NCBI GenBank assembly: GCA_016939375.1
Contig: JAFGHF010000034.1
Location: 13,950-77,949, forward strand
DNA length: 64,000 bases
Direction of reading: 5' to 3'
From: Candidatus Omnitrophota bacterium
Lineage (GTDB): Bacteria; Omnitrophota; Gorgyraeia; JAFGHF01
The notes beneath the pieces are model-generated. The model saw only the letters and a program-made list of their open reading frames with translations, was not told where the DNA came from and did not search any database. The translations under genes and the position numbers were made by a program. Positions 63,637-64,000 of the stretch are shown piece by piece (positions within the stretch are counted from its first letter, which is position 1; each line of letters starts with the position of its first letter).

Positions 63637-64000
63637 TTACCTTCTGACTGTATCGTTGATTTTTATGGATGTCCCCCTCGCTTCTTTAATATCGCAGGCG
63701 GCGATATTCTTACGTGTCTCGATCACCTCTACTTTTCCGATCCTCATCTCATTGCGGTATACATCGAAGCTCATCCCTTTCTCCAGGCCATCGTCGCCAC
63801 CTAAGTTGATCACCACAAACTCATGTTTATTATTTACCGTAATAACCCTGCCCTCGGGTATTATATCTTCTGCTACCGAAGGCACTTCTATCTCTGCCCC
63901 TTGGGGCTCTTCGACCTCGACCAACCTGGACCTGGTTAATCTCGGCAAAAAAAGTTCTTGTTTGCTCTCAGAAACGGCAAGGGGCTCTTCTGCTTTTACT
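63637..64000 (-). CDS. Partial hypothetical protein (N-terminus beyond the window end)
   Basis: The track M at 63948 decodes as TTG. The frame stays open upstream to position 64000 (...VKAEEPLAVSESKQELFLPRLTRSR...). The C-terminal region GRVITVNNKHEFVVINLGGDDGLEKGMSFDVYR..IGKVEVIE has a small beta-barrel-like pattern with no confident family assignment. Confidence 0.35.
   Translation of the reverse strand, partial: VKAEEPLAVSESKQELFLPRLTRSRLVEVEEPQGAEIEVPSVAEDIIPEGRVITVNNKHEFVVINLGGDDGLEKGMSFDVYRNEMRIGKVEVIETRKNIAACDIKEARGTSIKINDTVRR

Overview
This 64 kb window is a stretch of bacterial chromosome at roughly 40% GC. Outer-membrane biogenesis genes (lptF/lptG, lptE, bamD, mlaDEF, lolCDE, lnt, murJ) indicate a diderm organism, plausibly from an uncultivated lineage. 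Gene density is about 95%. Nearly all genes are on the minus strand, from about position 616 to 64000; only comF, lptF/lptG and rpsT are on the plus strand. Several of the start codons listed in the ORF track turn out to be GTG/TTG. Recognisable content includes a sugar-phosphorylase/glycolysis cluster (XRE-CBM48 regulator, pfk, GH65 phosphorylase, beta-PGM/T6P-phosphatase fusion), a PurF-like/ATP-grasp/LD-carboxypeptidase cluster, mgtE, uppP, two CNNM/CorC transporters, radA, mcsA-mcsB-clpC, ilvE, lysS, plsC, secA with a very large insertion, a gliding-type ABC system, prfB with its programmed +1 frameshift, ogt, uvrC, rpsT, holA, a PilZ protein, an NCS2 permease, bioY, and a 1281-aa repeat protein with a small tandem paralog. 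No rRNA, tRNA, CRISPR array, transposase or integrase was seen. The most unusual signals are two families of repeated intergenic elements. One is a roughly 110 bp element carrying GGTTAAY heptamers at 10 bp phasing plus a conserved hairpin, present in 3 copies beside lipid-trafficking ABC genes. The other is a 55-115 bp element built from concatenated 6-10 bp perfect palindromes, present in 3 copies and always wedged exactly between an upstream stop codon and a downstream start codon.
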